DNA of 64,000 nucleotides. Source: an uncultured Verrucomicrobiae bacterium (GTDB lineage: Bacteria > Verrucomicrobiota > Verrucomicrobiia > Chthoniobacterales > JAFAMB01). The stretch's first letter is position 1, and each line of letters begins with the position of its first letter. The stretch is taken from NCBI GenBank assembly GCA_963782115.1, contig CAWAIK010000001.1:640001-704000 (forward strand). Reading direction: 5' to 3'. The notes beneath the pieces are model-generated. The model searched no databases, was not told the DNA's origin, and saw nothing but the letters and a program-made list of their open reading frames with translations. The position numbers were made by a program, and so were the translations under genes. Positions 44,532 through 54,669 of this stretch are shown here, piece after piece.

Positions 44532-44873
44532 ATGTCCACCGCAACTTTGAATGAACAACTTTGGGTAACCGTTCTCGAGGCTGCCGACTCTCTCAAGATC
44601 GATCCCTCGTGTCAGCTGTTTCTGCAGGCATGGATCACCAATGGTGTTGAGCGGATGCGCAACGAAAACCGCATTGCTCCGGGCGACATCGCCATCGCGA
44701 AAGATAACCTGAAGACTTTTGTCGAATTGATGAAGGCCGAGACTCATGCCCATGGGACTGAGAGGCTCGACAATAAATGCTTCCATGCCGCCCAGCACAG
44801 CCTGGAACGGCGTTCTTTTCTCACGGTTTATTCCCTCTGGCCTTTCTGGCCGCACGCGGTTGAAGGCAGATAA
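44532..44873 (+). CDS. Small helical hypothetical protein; integration target
   Basis: SD GAAAGG + ATG; att core lies in its last codons. Confidence 0.75.
   Translation: MSTATLNEQLWVTVLEAADSLKIDPSCQLFLQAWITNGVERMRNENRIAPGDIAIAKDNLKTFVELMKAETHAHGTERLDNKCFHAAQHSLERRSFLTVYSLWPFWPHAVEGR
44844..44857 (+). repeat. attL core
   Basis: TTCTGGCCGCACGC followed by GGT; identical to 58354-58367, which is followed by AGT. Confidence 0.85.
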
Positions 44874-44962
44874 TAGCGTTTTCCCTCGTAAAATAGCTCT
44901 GGTGAATGACTTAGCTTCGTGTAAATCCGTCTCAAGAATTGCAAGAAATACGCTCCGTTTCA

Positions 44963-44988
44963 GAAAAGTGTGCTAAAAGTGTGCTACT
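44963..44988 (+). repeat. Putative integrase arm-type sites (left)
   Basis: GAAAAGTGTGCTAAAAGTGTGCTACT tandem; identical copy at 58299-58324. Confidence 0.8.
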
Positions 44989-44997
44989 GTTGGCGCG

Positions 44998-46140
44998 ATG
45001 AAGTCCGAACGTTATCAACGGGTCGTAGCGCCGGCGGGATTCGACGGTCATCCGAAACGACATCCGTACTACTGCAAGAGCAAGTCGGCTGCCGCTGACC
45101 TCCGCTGGCGCATCCGCAAGTGGAAAACCGATCGAAAGACGCCCGGTCTACAAGTCGTCGAGATCACCGAATATGACCAAAATTGGATCGGATATCTCAA
45201 AAATCGGCTACCGAGCTTGGATCTCCTGCCCGGAGTTATAGACCATTGGGAGCGGACAGTCGCGACGGTGACAAATCGCGTGACCGTGCAGGAACTTCGC
45301 GAACGGTTCATTGAGTTTAAGTGCTGAGAAACCGATAGCCATAGAACGCGCGCCGACATCCGGACTCGGTTAAACGGATTCTGTTACCAATTCGGTCAAC
45401 GTCCCGCGCACGAGATAACCACGCCCGAACTGCGGACTTATTTGCAATCGTTGCCTAAGGGTTATTCCCGGCGGAACGCTTTTAAATGGTTGCGCCCAAT
45501 GTTTGAGTTTGGGAAGGAAAACCGAATGCTGGGCGTGAGTCCGTTTGACGGTATCGCCCGCCCGGAAGGTTCGAACAATGCGCCGAGAATCCATCAGCCA
45601 TCAGAGTTTGAACGGTTGCTAAACACCGCCGACGTACAATTTCCGGAGTTGCTGCCGTACATCGCGCTTGAAGGAGCTGGTTTTTTGCGGTCTTGCGAAC
45701 TGGTTCATACCCGCGCAAGCGATCTCGTGCTTGACTGGTCGGATATAGATTTTGAAAAACGGCTAATTCACGTTCGCCCCGGAGTCGCCAAAGATACACG
45801 GAGCGCCAACGGAAACGCGCGTCACCCCAAAATGGAAGACATCGTCTCCCACTGGCTGGAGCCGCACCGGAAGGACTCAGGCCCGGTCGTTGAGTGGGGC
45901 GAGCGCTATTTCCGAACGCAACTCAAAGAGCTTTATATTGCGGCGAATGTTGCGCCGGTTCCCAATGCGCTGCGGAAATCGTGCATGTCTTACGCTATCG
46001 CGTGGCGTCCTGAGATCGGCGTTGTTTACGTCTCCAAGCAAGCCGGCAACTCGGAAGCCGTAGCTCGCCGTTATTACATTGAGACGCTTGAGCCATCCGC
46101 CGGCGAGGCTTGGTTCGGGATTCGACGCGGGGCGGGGTAG
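44998..46140 (+). pseudogene. int: Tyrosine recombinase/integrase with one in-frame TGA (45325-45327)
   Basis: ORFs 44998-45327 and 45442-46140 are in frame; FLRSCEL, VAKDT, NALRKS, AGNS, RRYY catalytic motifs. Confidence 0.88.
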
Positions 46141-46219
46141 CGAGCCTTCATGGCGCGTTATTTCCCTTCATTTCTTATTCCCATCCATTCAACTATTGGA
46201 TCCGCAAGTAAACGAATCA

Positions 46220-46364
46220 GGAAACGACATTCTGCCAGCCGTGTTTCCCCCTACTCATGTAAGGAGGGAAACGGTACGGCGTTTCCAACTTGCAGTTAAG
46301 TTGTTGATTACAAACGACTTACGAAGGAAACGCTTGGAAACTCAAACCATGCCTTTTTGTTTCC
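46220..46364. repeat. Cluster of seven GGAAAC/GTTTCC motifs
   Basis: 46220, 46243r, 46267, 46281r, 46326, 46336, 46359r around AAGTTGTTGATTACAAACGACTT. Confidence 0.65.
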
Positions 46365-46584
46365 TTAAGAAAGGTTAATCATGTCCTAAAGCATGCACTA
46401 TTGGGACGATTCGTATCCTAAAACTGAATCCCATAACTGACATGAGAATTCCCATATCACAACTATTTACGGATTCGGCCAGTCGTACTTGAATGTCCAT
46501 TTTTTGTCCAAATTGCGTCAGTGGATACTCCGCTGGCAATCGGCGAAATTGCTCTCTGTTGACAACAAATAGTGACTAAACTCT

Positions 46585-46680
46585 ATGAGCAAAAATGAAG
46601 ACTTCCTGACCATTTTCGAAGCAGCCGGGATAATCGGGATCGGTCAAACGGCGATGCGACGGCACATCGTCACGCGCGTC
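46585..46680 (+). pseudogene. Excisionase/AlpA-like HTH stub
   Basis: MSKNEDFLTIFEAAGIIGIGQTAMRRHI, then joins primase sequence out of frame. Confidence 0.6.
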
Positions 46681-47891
46681 AATACGAGTACAACGGCGAC
46701 CGGGCGCGGAAGACTTTCACGCCGAAGGTCAAGCGTTTCAAACTCGATACCGCGCAAGCGACGGAGGATATCCCTTCCCTGGATATTCCGCTTGTCGAAT
46801 TCCTGAAACTAGCGTTCCGACCCGGCGAGACGATTTGCATAACGAAGACCGCGGAGCTCCGCGAAGGTAAATACATCCCGGCTTGTAAGGGAACCTTTCA
46901 AACCATCGAATGGTGGGCGGAGACGATCGCCCGGCGACCAGGATTCTTCGACGGCGAGCCAGGCGCTTGGATACGCCTTAATCCTTTCTTGCCCGACACG
47001 TTCGGAGCTCTAGACAAGGAGATCTCAGCTTTCCGGCATGTGCTCGTTGAATTCGACTCGAAGCCGAAGGCCGAGCAATGGCGTATTTTCAAGTCTTGCG
47101 GTCTGCCGATTGCCGGCGTGATCGACTCCGCGGGAAAGTCGTTGCACGCGTGGGTGCGTGTGGACGCCAAAGACGGCGCCGAGTATAAGGTGCGCCAAGA
47201 GCGCGTCTACGAATACTTGGCCGACGTGATGGACGACAAAGGCAATAAGAATCCGTCTCGATTCTCGCGGCTGCCGGGCGCGATGCGCGGCGAGCAGGTA
47301 CAGCAATTGATCGCCGTGAACCTCGGCGCCGCCAGTTGGAACGATTGGGAAACTGAGAACATCAATGATGAATCAGAATCATTCGACGTGATCGATCTAT
47401 TAAACTTCGATTGCAAGAATGACCCTGATTGTTTGATCGGTGACAGGTGGCTGTGCCGAGGTGACTCGTACCGTGACCAAGGGTAAAAAGGATAACGTTT
47501 ACGCTGTCGAGTTTGGCAAGCGAGGTATACGAGCCGGCATGGCGGATAGTGACGGGAAACCGACGATATGCTCTTTCTGCGGCGCGCGCCGATGGGACAA
47601 TGTTATTGGTCGCAATCGACGGACATCGCAAGCAAAGAAGATTTGGTTGCGGAACGCGAACATCAAAGCCGGGAAAAACTTCGTCTGTTCATAATAGAAC
47701 GTGGGAGCGTGACGCTTCAACAATTAAAGGACAACGCAGCGGGGATCGGTTACGCGGTAAACTCGATTTTCGATGCGGCGACGGCTTTATCGGAAGAGAG
47801 CTTGAATTCCGACGAACTGATTTATCACTACAAAAAGGGAACCGGCGGCTGTCCGGCGAACGTGTTCACGACCGCCGAACGCTTCGTGTGA
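46680..47891 (+). pseudogene. RepB-type primase fused to an internally deleted AAA (RepA-like) helicase
   Basis: GAWIRLNP, RHVLVEFD, DSAGKSLHAWVRV, NKNPSRFSRLPG; helicase begins LIGDRWLCRGD, then jumps to EFGKRGIRAG...FLRRAPMGQCYW; Walker motifs missing. Confidence 0.8.
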
Positions 47892-47896
47892 GAGTC

Positions 47897-48140
47897 CGTG
47901 TAAAAGGCCACTTTCAATCCCATCAGTTTACTTCTGCACGGGCGTTTAGAATCAGCGTGCAGAAGGTGTGTTGAAATTGGGACTTACGAGGGAAAAGGCT
48001 TTTACACGCCCGTGCAGAAGTACCGTGTAGAAGTCTTTTTTCCCATTAAATAATAACTTCTGCACACACGCTATTCTTAGAAGCGTATGCGGAAGAATTG
48101 GTGTTTTAAACGAACCATGCAGAAGTAGTTGTGCAGAAGT
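47897..48140. repeat. Iteron-like array GTGCAGAAGT; putative replication origin
   Basis: About eight copies in both orientations (47930r, 47957, 48012, 48025, 48056r, 48087, 48117, 48131) with an AT-rich patch. Confidence 0.75.
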
Positions 48141-48381
48141 AACCGGGCTTTACGCTTTTGCTTAATCGCATCGCAACCTAGCAGACTACAGCGTCCAGTC
48201 GCCTACGGCGCGTTCACTGTCGCCTGCCCTGGCGCGTTCGACGGCCAACGTGCGTCATTGTCTATGCCAATCAGTGTAGGGCATCCTAGAGCGTTCATGA
48301 ATGTGATGGCGTAAGCCCCGGATCGCGACAAGTCTCGGGAAGTGTAGCCGGCGAAGTAGAGTGGACATCGAGCCAAGATCG

Positions 48382-48882
48382 ATGCACGTAAATAACATCG
48401 GTGATGGGCTGCACCCGCTTGGGGTTAACTCGGACAATCGCTTAGAGGGAATCTGTGATTTCGATTGGGAAGCCGTAGACGATCACATTGACGGTGAAGC
48501 GCCAGAGTAGCAAATTTCCTTTTCTGACATGAGCGCTGCGTTCTCCATCGTCTTAGATTGGATCACATCCTCGCGCGGACCCGACGTTAGGATTCCTGCG
48601 AGCCGAGCTTATGCTCTCGCGTTTCTTCTGTGGCCAGAGACTTCGAAGTTCTCCTCACTCTCCGAGATTGCGGTAGCCTGCGGACTGACTAAAGCGGCGG
48701 TATCCAAATCCCTCCTTGACTTCAAAGACCAATCGGGGCTCACGATATCCGCCGGCAAAGGACATTATACGCGCGGTAAGTTCCGAGTTGCTCAAAACGC
48801 AGCTGTTGCAAAAGGGAGCCACGCGAGTAACATCAGAACGGGCCGGCAAGTCGTAGGGCGTCGTGGGCTGTCGAACTTATAA
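48382..48882 (+). pseudogene. HTH protein with in-frame TAG at 48508 (or intact from 48529)
   Basis: SLSEIAVACGLTKAAVSKSL HTH; upstream in-frame ATG at 48382. Confidence 0.6.
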
Positions 48883-49141
48883 AAGGAATCTCTTTGATCA
48901 AATTTAGCCATTGGGTACTAGTGTCCGGCGGGTGTTCTTTAAGCGCGAACAAACTTTTCATTTAGACGCCGTGTCGCACTAGCCTTGTCGCATATCGTAA
49001 CTAAACGCGGTGTTTTGATTCCCGGTTTCCCTACGGGGAATGCGCTAAACGCCTATAACGCCGCAACTTAACAGGGGTGCGACATGTCGCGAGTTGGTGT
49101 CGTTTTTTGGGCTGACATTGCGACATCGGTGTTATGTCGTC
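48880..49141. promoter_or_regulatory. Putative cos/pac packaging region with TGTCGCA repeats
   Basis: TGTCGCA/TGCGACA at 48972, 48986, 49078, 49119 plus variants, directly upstream of the terS-like gene. Confidence 0.5.
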
Positions 49142-49862
49142 CACGCCAGATAAACCCGTTAGCCGAATCAAGGAACTTGCCAAAGAGTACGGTCGATCCG
49201 TCCGCACGATCGAACGCTGGCGCAAAGCCGGCTGCGATCTAAACGACCCGAAAGCCGTTCGTGAGAATTCCGCGATCAAAAATGCACTAGCGCGCGGCGG
49301 AACGGCAAGGAAGGCGGTCGGGAATCAAGAGCCGCTTATCTTTGATCCGTGCGCAGCGACGGCTATCGCGATAAACGACGGCGGCGAGCTCGACATCTCG
49401 GACCTTCCCGAAACCACGGGTCAAGGCGCCGCGGCTGCGCTCAAGCGACTTCAGGAATTCGAGGCTCGTTTTGCGTCCAGGCTACTAGCGGCGCTAGATA
49501 CCGGACGCGCTGACGTGATCCAAGTTGCGCGCGACGACTACTCCAAGGTCGCGAACAGCCTCCGCCAGTACGAGAAGGAAGTCGAAGTCACCAAGCGAGA
49601 CCTTGGCCACTTGATACCCAAGAACGGCGCCCGAGCCTCGGCGATCTGGTTCCGACTCGCTTGGCGAATGTGGCTTTCGTCCACGCTGCCGGCTCTCATG
49701 GCCATCGGGACCGATCCGCGCGCCATCAAGATGGAAGCCGAGCGCTCCTTTGCGGACTTCTTAGGCGTCGCACTTAAGAATGCTGCCGGCGCTCAACTCT
49801 CGATTCCGGCGTGGGCGGACGAGGTCATTCGAGAGGAGTGGCACTTACCGCCATGTGGATAA
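49134..49862 (+). CDS. Terminase small subunit-like protein (Nu1-type)
   Basis: N-terminal HTH IKELAKEYGRSVRTIERWRKAGC, coiled coil ending RDLGHLIP, overlaps a gpA-like start. Confidence 0.65.
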   Translation: MSSTPDKPVSRIKELAKEYGRSVRTIERWRKAGCDLNDPKAVRENSAIKNALARGGTARKAVGNQEPLIFDPCAATAIAINDGGELDISDLPETTGQGAAAALKRLQEFEARFASRLLAALDTGRADVIQVARDDYSKVANSLRQYEKEVEVTKRDLGHLIPKNGARASAIWFRLAWRMWLSSTLPALMAIGTDPRAIKMEAERSFADFLGVALKNAAGAQLSIPAWADEVIREEWHLPPCG

Positions 49863-50092
49863 GTACGGTCGATTGGGCGGAACAGTATTTCTATTACGAT
49901 CGCACGAGCACAGTACAAGGTCGCTTTCGGATCGCTCACGCCGGCGAATGCAACCGAGGGCAAACGTTGCCTAACATGTACACAGTCTGGTTGACTCCGT
50001 TTCTAAGTCATGACCGAAACCGTCTACGTGACCCGAAACGAGCTTGCGCGCTTGCGCGGGTGCAACGTGCGATCCTTGCGCTCGGCTGGTAA
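49853..50092 (+). pseudogene. Stub of a gpA-like terminase large subunit
   Basis: STVDWAEQYFYYDRTSTVQGRFRI resembles the gpA N-terminal WA..x..GRF motif; resemblance ends after about 30 codons. Confidence 0.55.
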
Positions 50093-50150
50093 ATACCATG
50101 TCCGAGCTGCGTAGGGAACCAAACTTCAAACAATCTCTTTCAAAAATATT

Positions 50151-50567
50151 ATGTCAGATAAAACTCTCAACGAAAAAGAACTCGCAGCGGTGCACGGCGC
50201 CCGACTAGCGGATGTAGCGAACAAGATAGCGGCTCAAACAGCAGTCGTCATCGTAGCGGGCAATGTCGCTCGCACTTTTGCAACCGAGACCGCACACCAA
50301 CTCGCGAACCATCGGCTCGCCGTTGCGCTCGCCCTCGTTAACGACACGTTCGAGAAGTCGCCCCTTGGCGATCCGGAACATTTAGCCCGGCATGACAAAC
50401 GGTTTTTACAAGCGACGGCGCTCGCCGGCTGCTTCACGACGTATCTCGATAAAGAGAACGAGATTGCCAGTCTCCGCCAGTTGCGGTCGCACTTCGAGCC
50501 GGTTCTTGAGGCCGTGAAAACGGAGCCTGAACTCAAGCTAGCGTTCCCGGAAGCTTGGTTAAAGTAG
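50151..50567 (+). CDS. Hypothetical protein
   Basis: 138-aa helical ORF followed by a terminator. Confidence 0.7.
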   Translation: MSDKTLNEKELAAVHGARLADVANKIAAQTAVVIVAGNVARTFATETAHQLANHRLAVALALVNDTFEKSPLGDPEHLARHDKRFLQATALAGCFTTYLDKENEIASLRQLRSHFEPVLEAVKTEPELKLAFPEAWLK

Positions 50568-50602
50568 CTCTGCGCCATTTTTTGAGATAGTGTGTTTCAA
50601 AG

Positions 50603-50630
50603 AAGCCCGGCTGCAAAGTCGGGCTTTTTG
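50603..50630 (+). terminator. Intrinsic terminator
   Basis: AAGCCCGGCT-gcaa-AGTCGGGCTT then TTTG. Confidence 0.85.
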
Positions 50631-50800
50631 CGTAAAAAATAACACAATGTTTTCTTTGTTGAACATTCTAACGATTTGATAGCGATTCGCGCAATGGTAA
50701 CTTAATCATTTAATGTTAACAACTTCCAACATAGTTGAATGTTAGCAACACACGATAATAATGTTGTTGACAAGCTTAGGCGGGGCTGTAGATTGGCCCT

Positions 50801-50977
50801 GTGATTACAACACAAACACGATTTCTATTGCAAGAATTACAACGCTACGCCGGGAAAGTTCAAGCTGCTAAGAATTCCAACACACAATACGACGCAGCAT
50901 TCGAGCTAGGGATCGTGGCCGAAGAGCTAAAGACCGAGATCACGGGCAGAATGTCACAGGCGGGATTTCTCCTTTAA
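50801..50977 (+). CDS. 58-aa hypothetical protein, possibly leaderless
   Basis: GTG start 6 nt after TTGACA-16 nt-TAGATT; below ORF-track cut-off. Confidence 0.5.
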   Translation: MITTQTRFLLQELQRYAGKVQAAKNSNTQYDAAFELGIVAEELKTEITGRMSQAGFLL

Positions 50978-51807
50978 CGATTGCCAGCGCGCGCCGACGC
51001 CCGTGATTGCCTCAAGTTTGCGTAGCGTAACGGCGGAGCTCGTACGCGCGTGCCATGAACGGCTTCGCTCCGGAGCGAAATGCTTTGCATCTTTGAGCGC
51101 CGATGGCTCGGCGATCATTGACTACAAATGAGAAGGCCCAGGCTGAGAGGCTTAAACGACTGAAGCAATTTTTACAGAAGGGCAGCGTTAGAGAATTCCC
51201 GGAGCTGCGAACTCCGGGTCTTTATTTTTGTATGGTTGCGGTTTTCGCAGAGCTCGGAGTCATGCTGCCGGGCGCCAGAGCCGGCACTTCGCGCGGAACG
51301 ACTGACAGCGGAAGCTGCAAATGTCCTTGCGTTTCGAACGTTGAGAGCAGTGCAAGCAGCGCCGCCTGAATCCAAACTTCCCCACGAATTTGAGTCTCAT
51401 TCTCCAGATTCACTAGACGACGAATCGTCGGACCATCGAGTTACGTTCCGGGTATTTTCTTAGAAATCCATTAGCCTGAGTGTCCATGATAGCCTTGTGC
51501 TTCTTTCGTATGTGTCATAATTGCGATGATTTCTCGTAGCTACGACCGATGTTTGATAAAGTGAAGGCTTCAATCTACAGCGATAGGTCAATCCCCGAGT
51601 CTTGACGGATACGATGTTCGTATGAACACTTAGGCTATGTCGCTTACTCCAAAAGCAATCCAAGACATGCTCGACGAGTTGGAAGCGTCCTGAACCTCAC
51701 GCAAAATCCGTTGGGTAAAGCGGAAATATTTCGTAGACGGGTCCAAATTTTTTCTGGTTGAGTGACAGCACCTATTATAAGAGACCAACTCCAAGCATCT
51801 CAAAGCG

Positions 51808-52968
51808 ATGAACATTACCCTTGAGCCGCGCGTTGTGCAGTGGGCCCGCGAGCGAGCGGGATTGGATGAGTCGGCCTTGGCCAAAAAGTTGGGAATCAAG
51901 GCCGAACGGGTGATAGAATGGGAAACAACAGGTGAAATACCCTACAAGAAGGCGGAACTGCTTGCCCAGAAGACCCATACACCGTTCGGGCATCTTTTCC
52001 TAAAGCAGCCTCCTGCGGACACCTTGCCGATCCATGATTTCCGAACTGCTGGAGACGCTCCAGTGCGACGGCCCAGCCCGGATCTGTTAGAGACCGTTTA
52101 CCTTATGCAGCGGCGCCAAGCCTGGTTGCGAGAATTTCTATTGGAAGAGGGCGAGGCGCCGCTCGCCTTGATCGGAAGCGCTACCATCCAGGATAACGCT
52201 GCCACGGTAGCTCAAAAAATTCGGGCGACGCTGGGGGCCCCGGATGGGTGGGCATCCCATGAGCGAACATGGTCGGAAGCGCTGGTATATCTCCGCCAGA
52301 GGATCGAAGAGATCGGCGTCTTGATCGTTATAAATGGAATAGTTGGCAACAATACCCGCCGAAAACTTGACCCAACCGAGTTTCGAGGGTTCGCTCTGAG
52401 CGACAGTTATGCACCCATAATTTTCATAAATGGACCGGATTTCAAGGCCGCGCAGATGTTCACGCTCGCCCACGAACTGGCACATTTGTGGATTGGTGAG
52501 GACGGGGTCTCGAACTTCGACGAAACGCTTCTGCCGTCGCGTAATGAAGTCGAGCGTTGGTGTAACATTGTCGCAGCGGAATTCCTCGTACCCGCGAACG
52601 AGTTTCGCGCGGCATGGCCGCTTGCAGAACGAACTGACGAACCATACCAATTTCTCGCTCGAAAATTTAAGGTTAGTTCCGTTGTCGCAGCTCGCCGCGC
52701 GCTGGATCTCCGTTTGGCGCGTAGAGAGACCTTCTTAGCATTCTATCGAGCATACCAAGAGGACGAACGGAGAAAGCAGCGCGGCAAGAAGTCGAGCGGG
52801 AATTTTTGGGCAACACAGAATGTTCGCATCGGCCCACGCTTCGGGGCGGCGGTTGTTCGGTCGGCTCGCGAGGGGCGCCTGCTTTATCGGGAAGCCTACA
52901 GCCTGACCGGTTTGTATGGCGGCACTTTTGAACGGTTTGCCCAGAAACTGGGCTTCCATCCGAGATGA
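51808..52968 (+). CDS. XRE-HTH + ImmA/IrrE metallopeptidase
   Basis: WARERAGL HTH; EFRGFAL...FTLAHELAHLW (HExxH), ERWCNIVAAEFLVP. Confidence 0.92.
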   Translation: MNITLEPRVVQWARERAGLDESALAKKLGIKAERVIEWETTGEIPYKKAELLAQKTHTPFGHLFLKQPPADTLPIHDFRTAGDAPVRRPSPDLLETVYLMQRRQAWLREFLLEEGEAPLALIGSATIQDNAATVAQKIRATLGAPDGWASHERTWSEALVYLRQRIEEIGVLIVINGIVGNNTRRKLDPTEFRGFALSDSYAPIIFINGPDFKAAQMFTLAHELAHLWIGEDGVSNFDETLLPSRNEVERWCNIVAAEFLVPANEFRAAWPLAERTDEPYQFLARKFKVSSVVAARRALDLRLARRETFLAFYRAYQEDERRKQRGKKSSGNFWATQNVRIGPRFGAAVVRSAREGRLLYREAYSLTGLYGGTFERFAQKLGFHPR

Positions 52969-52974
52969 ACCCCG

Positions 52975-53478
52975 ATGCCGGTTTACTTGATTGATGCGAA
53001 CGTGTTAATTGAAGCGCACAAGCGCTTTTACGGGTTCCATATCTGCCCCGGATTTTGGGATTGTCTGCTGAAACACCACGGGGGCGGACGCATCCTCAGT
53101 ATAGATAAAGTGATGGAGGAGATTCTACCGGGAGACGAGCTGTTCCAATGGGTCCAAAGCTCGGCTCCGCATTCATTTTTTGTATTCACCCAAAGCCGGA
53201 CAATAGTGCAAAACTTTGCCAATATGGTTGGTTGGGTTCAGCAGGAAAGGCAGTTTACGCAAGCGGCGAAGGATGAATTTGCACGAGTGGCGGATGGCTG
53301 GTTGGCGGCCTACGCACTAAGTTGCAAAGACCATGTTGTCGTCACGCTGGAAGAGCACGCGCCCACGGTAAAGAAGAGGGTTCCTCTGCCCAATGTTTGC
53401 GAGCAATTTGGGATTCCCTACATGGATACATTCAGGATGTTGAAAGAGCTGGGTGCGCGTTTCCAGCTGGAGAACTGA
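52975..53478 (+). CDS. DUF4411-family PIN-like protein
   Basis: YLIDANVLIEA...CPGFW, ADGWLAAYA, VVTLE, PNVCEQFGI. Confidence 0.9.
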   Translation: MPVYLIDANVLIEAHKRFYGFHICPGFWDCLLKHHGGGRILSIDKVMEEILPGDELFQWVQSSAPHSFFVFTQSRTIVQNFANMVGWVQQERQFTQAAKDEFARVADGWLAAYALSCKDHVVVTLEEHAPTVKKRVPLPNVCEQFGIPYMDTFRMLKELGARFQLEN

Positions 53479-53613
53479 TTAACCACGAACTGGTACTTCC
53501 GAAGCCAAGAGTGGCGAGGCGGCTGTAGGCCGTTGGTTGAAAATCCGGCGCGCTAACGTAAATAAGGTTTGACCCTGGAAGGAAAAATCTGGTTTCACTC
53601 GTTGCTTACTATT

Positions 53614-54669
53614 ATGGGATTCGAACAGCGCCTAGAAATACTGCAAAAAATCGAGGAGGTTCGGAAGTCCAAGGTTATCTGCTATCTCACCAGTCTCCGT
53701 CTAGGCGTTCCGGCGCAAATGGCGGATGATGCTGTTCGAGTCGTTTTTGATCACCTCCTGGGTTTGCCAAGCCGGCCGATAGAGCGTTTGGATGTTTTCT
53801 TGGTTAGCAACGGTGGCGTCAGCACAGTTCCGTGGAGATTCGTTGCTCTATTTAGAGAGTTCGCAAAGTCGCTTAACGTTCTGGTTCCCTACCGTGCGTA
53901 CAGTGCCGCAACATTATTAGCCTTGGGAGCCGATGAAATTGTGATGCATCCGTTTGCGGAATTGGGCCCTATTGATCCGACAGTTTCTAACGACTTTAAC
54001 CCCACTGACCAACAAGGACGCCGACTAGGGATTAGCGTTGAAGACGTGCGCGCTTACATCTCGTTCATCAAACAAACAGTCGGGATCACTCACGAAGATG
54101 AACTGATAAAAGCGATTGAGATTCTCGTAGAAAAGGCTCACCCGCTTGCGCTTGGAAATGTGGAGAGGTTTGTGAGCCAGTCTCGTATGGCGGCGCAGAA
54201 GATCTTGAAAACGCACATGAAATCAGAATCAGACGAACATTTGATTTCCGAAATTGTTGAAACTTTAACTTCAAAGCTATTTTTTCACGGTCATCCGATA
54301 AACCGTCAGGAAGCCAAGGAAGATCTAAGGTTAAAGGTGAACTTAGATGTGCCTCCGGAATTGGAGACCCTGATGTGGAATTTGTATTTGGACTATGAGA
54401 AAGAGTTTAAGAACTCGGAACCATATACACCAGCATCCGATCTTGCGGCATCTTATAAGGGCCTGACGCTTCCCGCAGCCGGTGCGTCATTCAGTCCAAT
54501 ATACGCGACTTTGGCAGTTGATCTAATCCACGCGATGGTGGAAAGTTTAAAAATGTCGGACGTACAAAGAACTTCTCGCAGGCTTACGTTATACGTTGCT
54601 CAGCCGGGTCAGCAGATAATGAACGAGGAGGTTCTAAAACAAGAGTGGACCAGACGGCTTGCTCCTTAG
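53614..54669 (+). CDS. SDH-family Clp-fold serine protease
   Basis: LDVFLVSNGG, VPYRAYSAATLLALGADEIVM...ELGPIDP, FFHGHPINRQEA. Confidence 0.88.
   Translation: MGFEQRLEILQKIEEVRKSKVICYLTSLRLGVPAQMADDAVRVVFDHLLGLPSRPIERLDVFLVSNGGVSTVPWRFVALFREFAKSLNVLVPYRAYSAATLLALGADEIVMHPFAELGPIDPTVSNDFNPTDQQGRRLGISVEDVRAYISFIKQTVGITHEDELIKAIEILVEKAHPLALGNVERFVSQSRMAAQKILKTHMKSESDEHLISEIVETLTSKLFFHGHPINRQEAKEDLRLKVNLDVPPELETLMWNLYLDYEKEFKNSEPYTPASDLAASYKGLTLPAAGASFSPIYATLAVDLIHAMVESLKMSDVQRTSRRLTLYVAQPGQQIMNEEVLKQEWTRRLAP

Noticed and set aside
44870..44998. tRNA or tmRNA integration target
   Set aside because: No cloverleaf or T-loop motif seen at either end of the island
45325..48510. Stop-codon reassignment in the island
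   Set aside because: The in-frame stops are of different types (TGA, TAG), occur alongside deletions, and the same codons end intact genes
51103..51693. Short ORFs upstream of the ImmA gene
   Set aside because: No recognisable motif or consistent frame; cannot support a call
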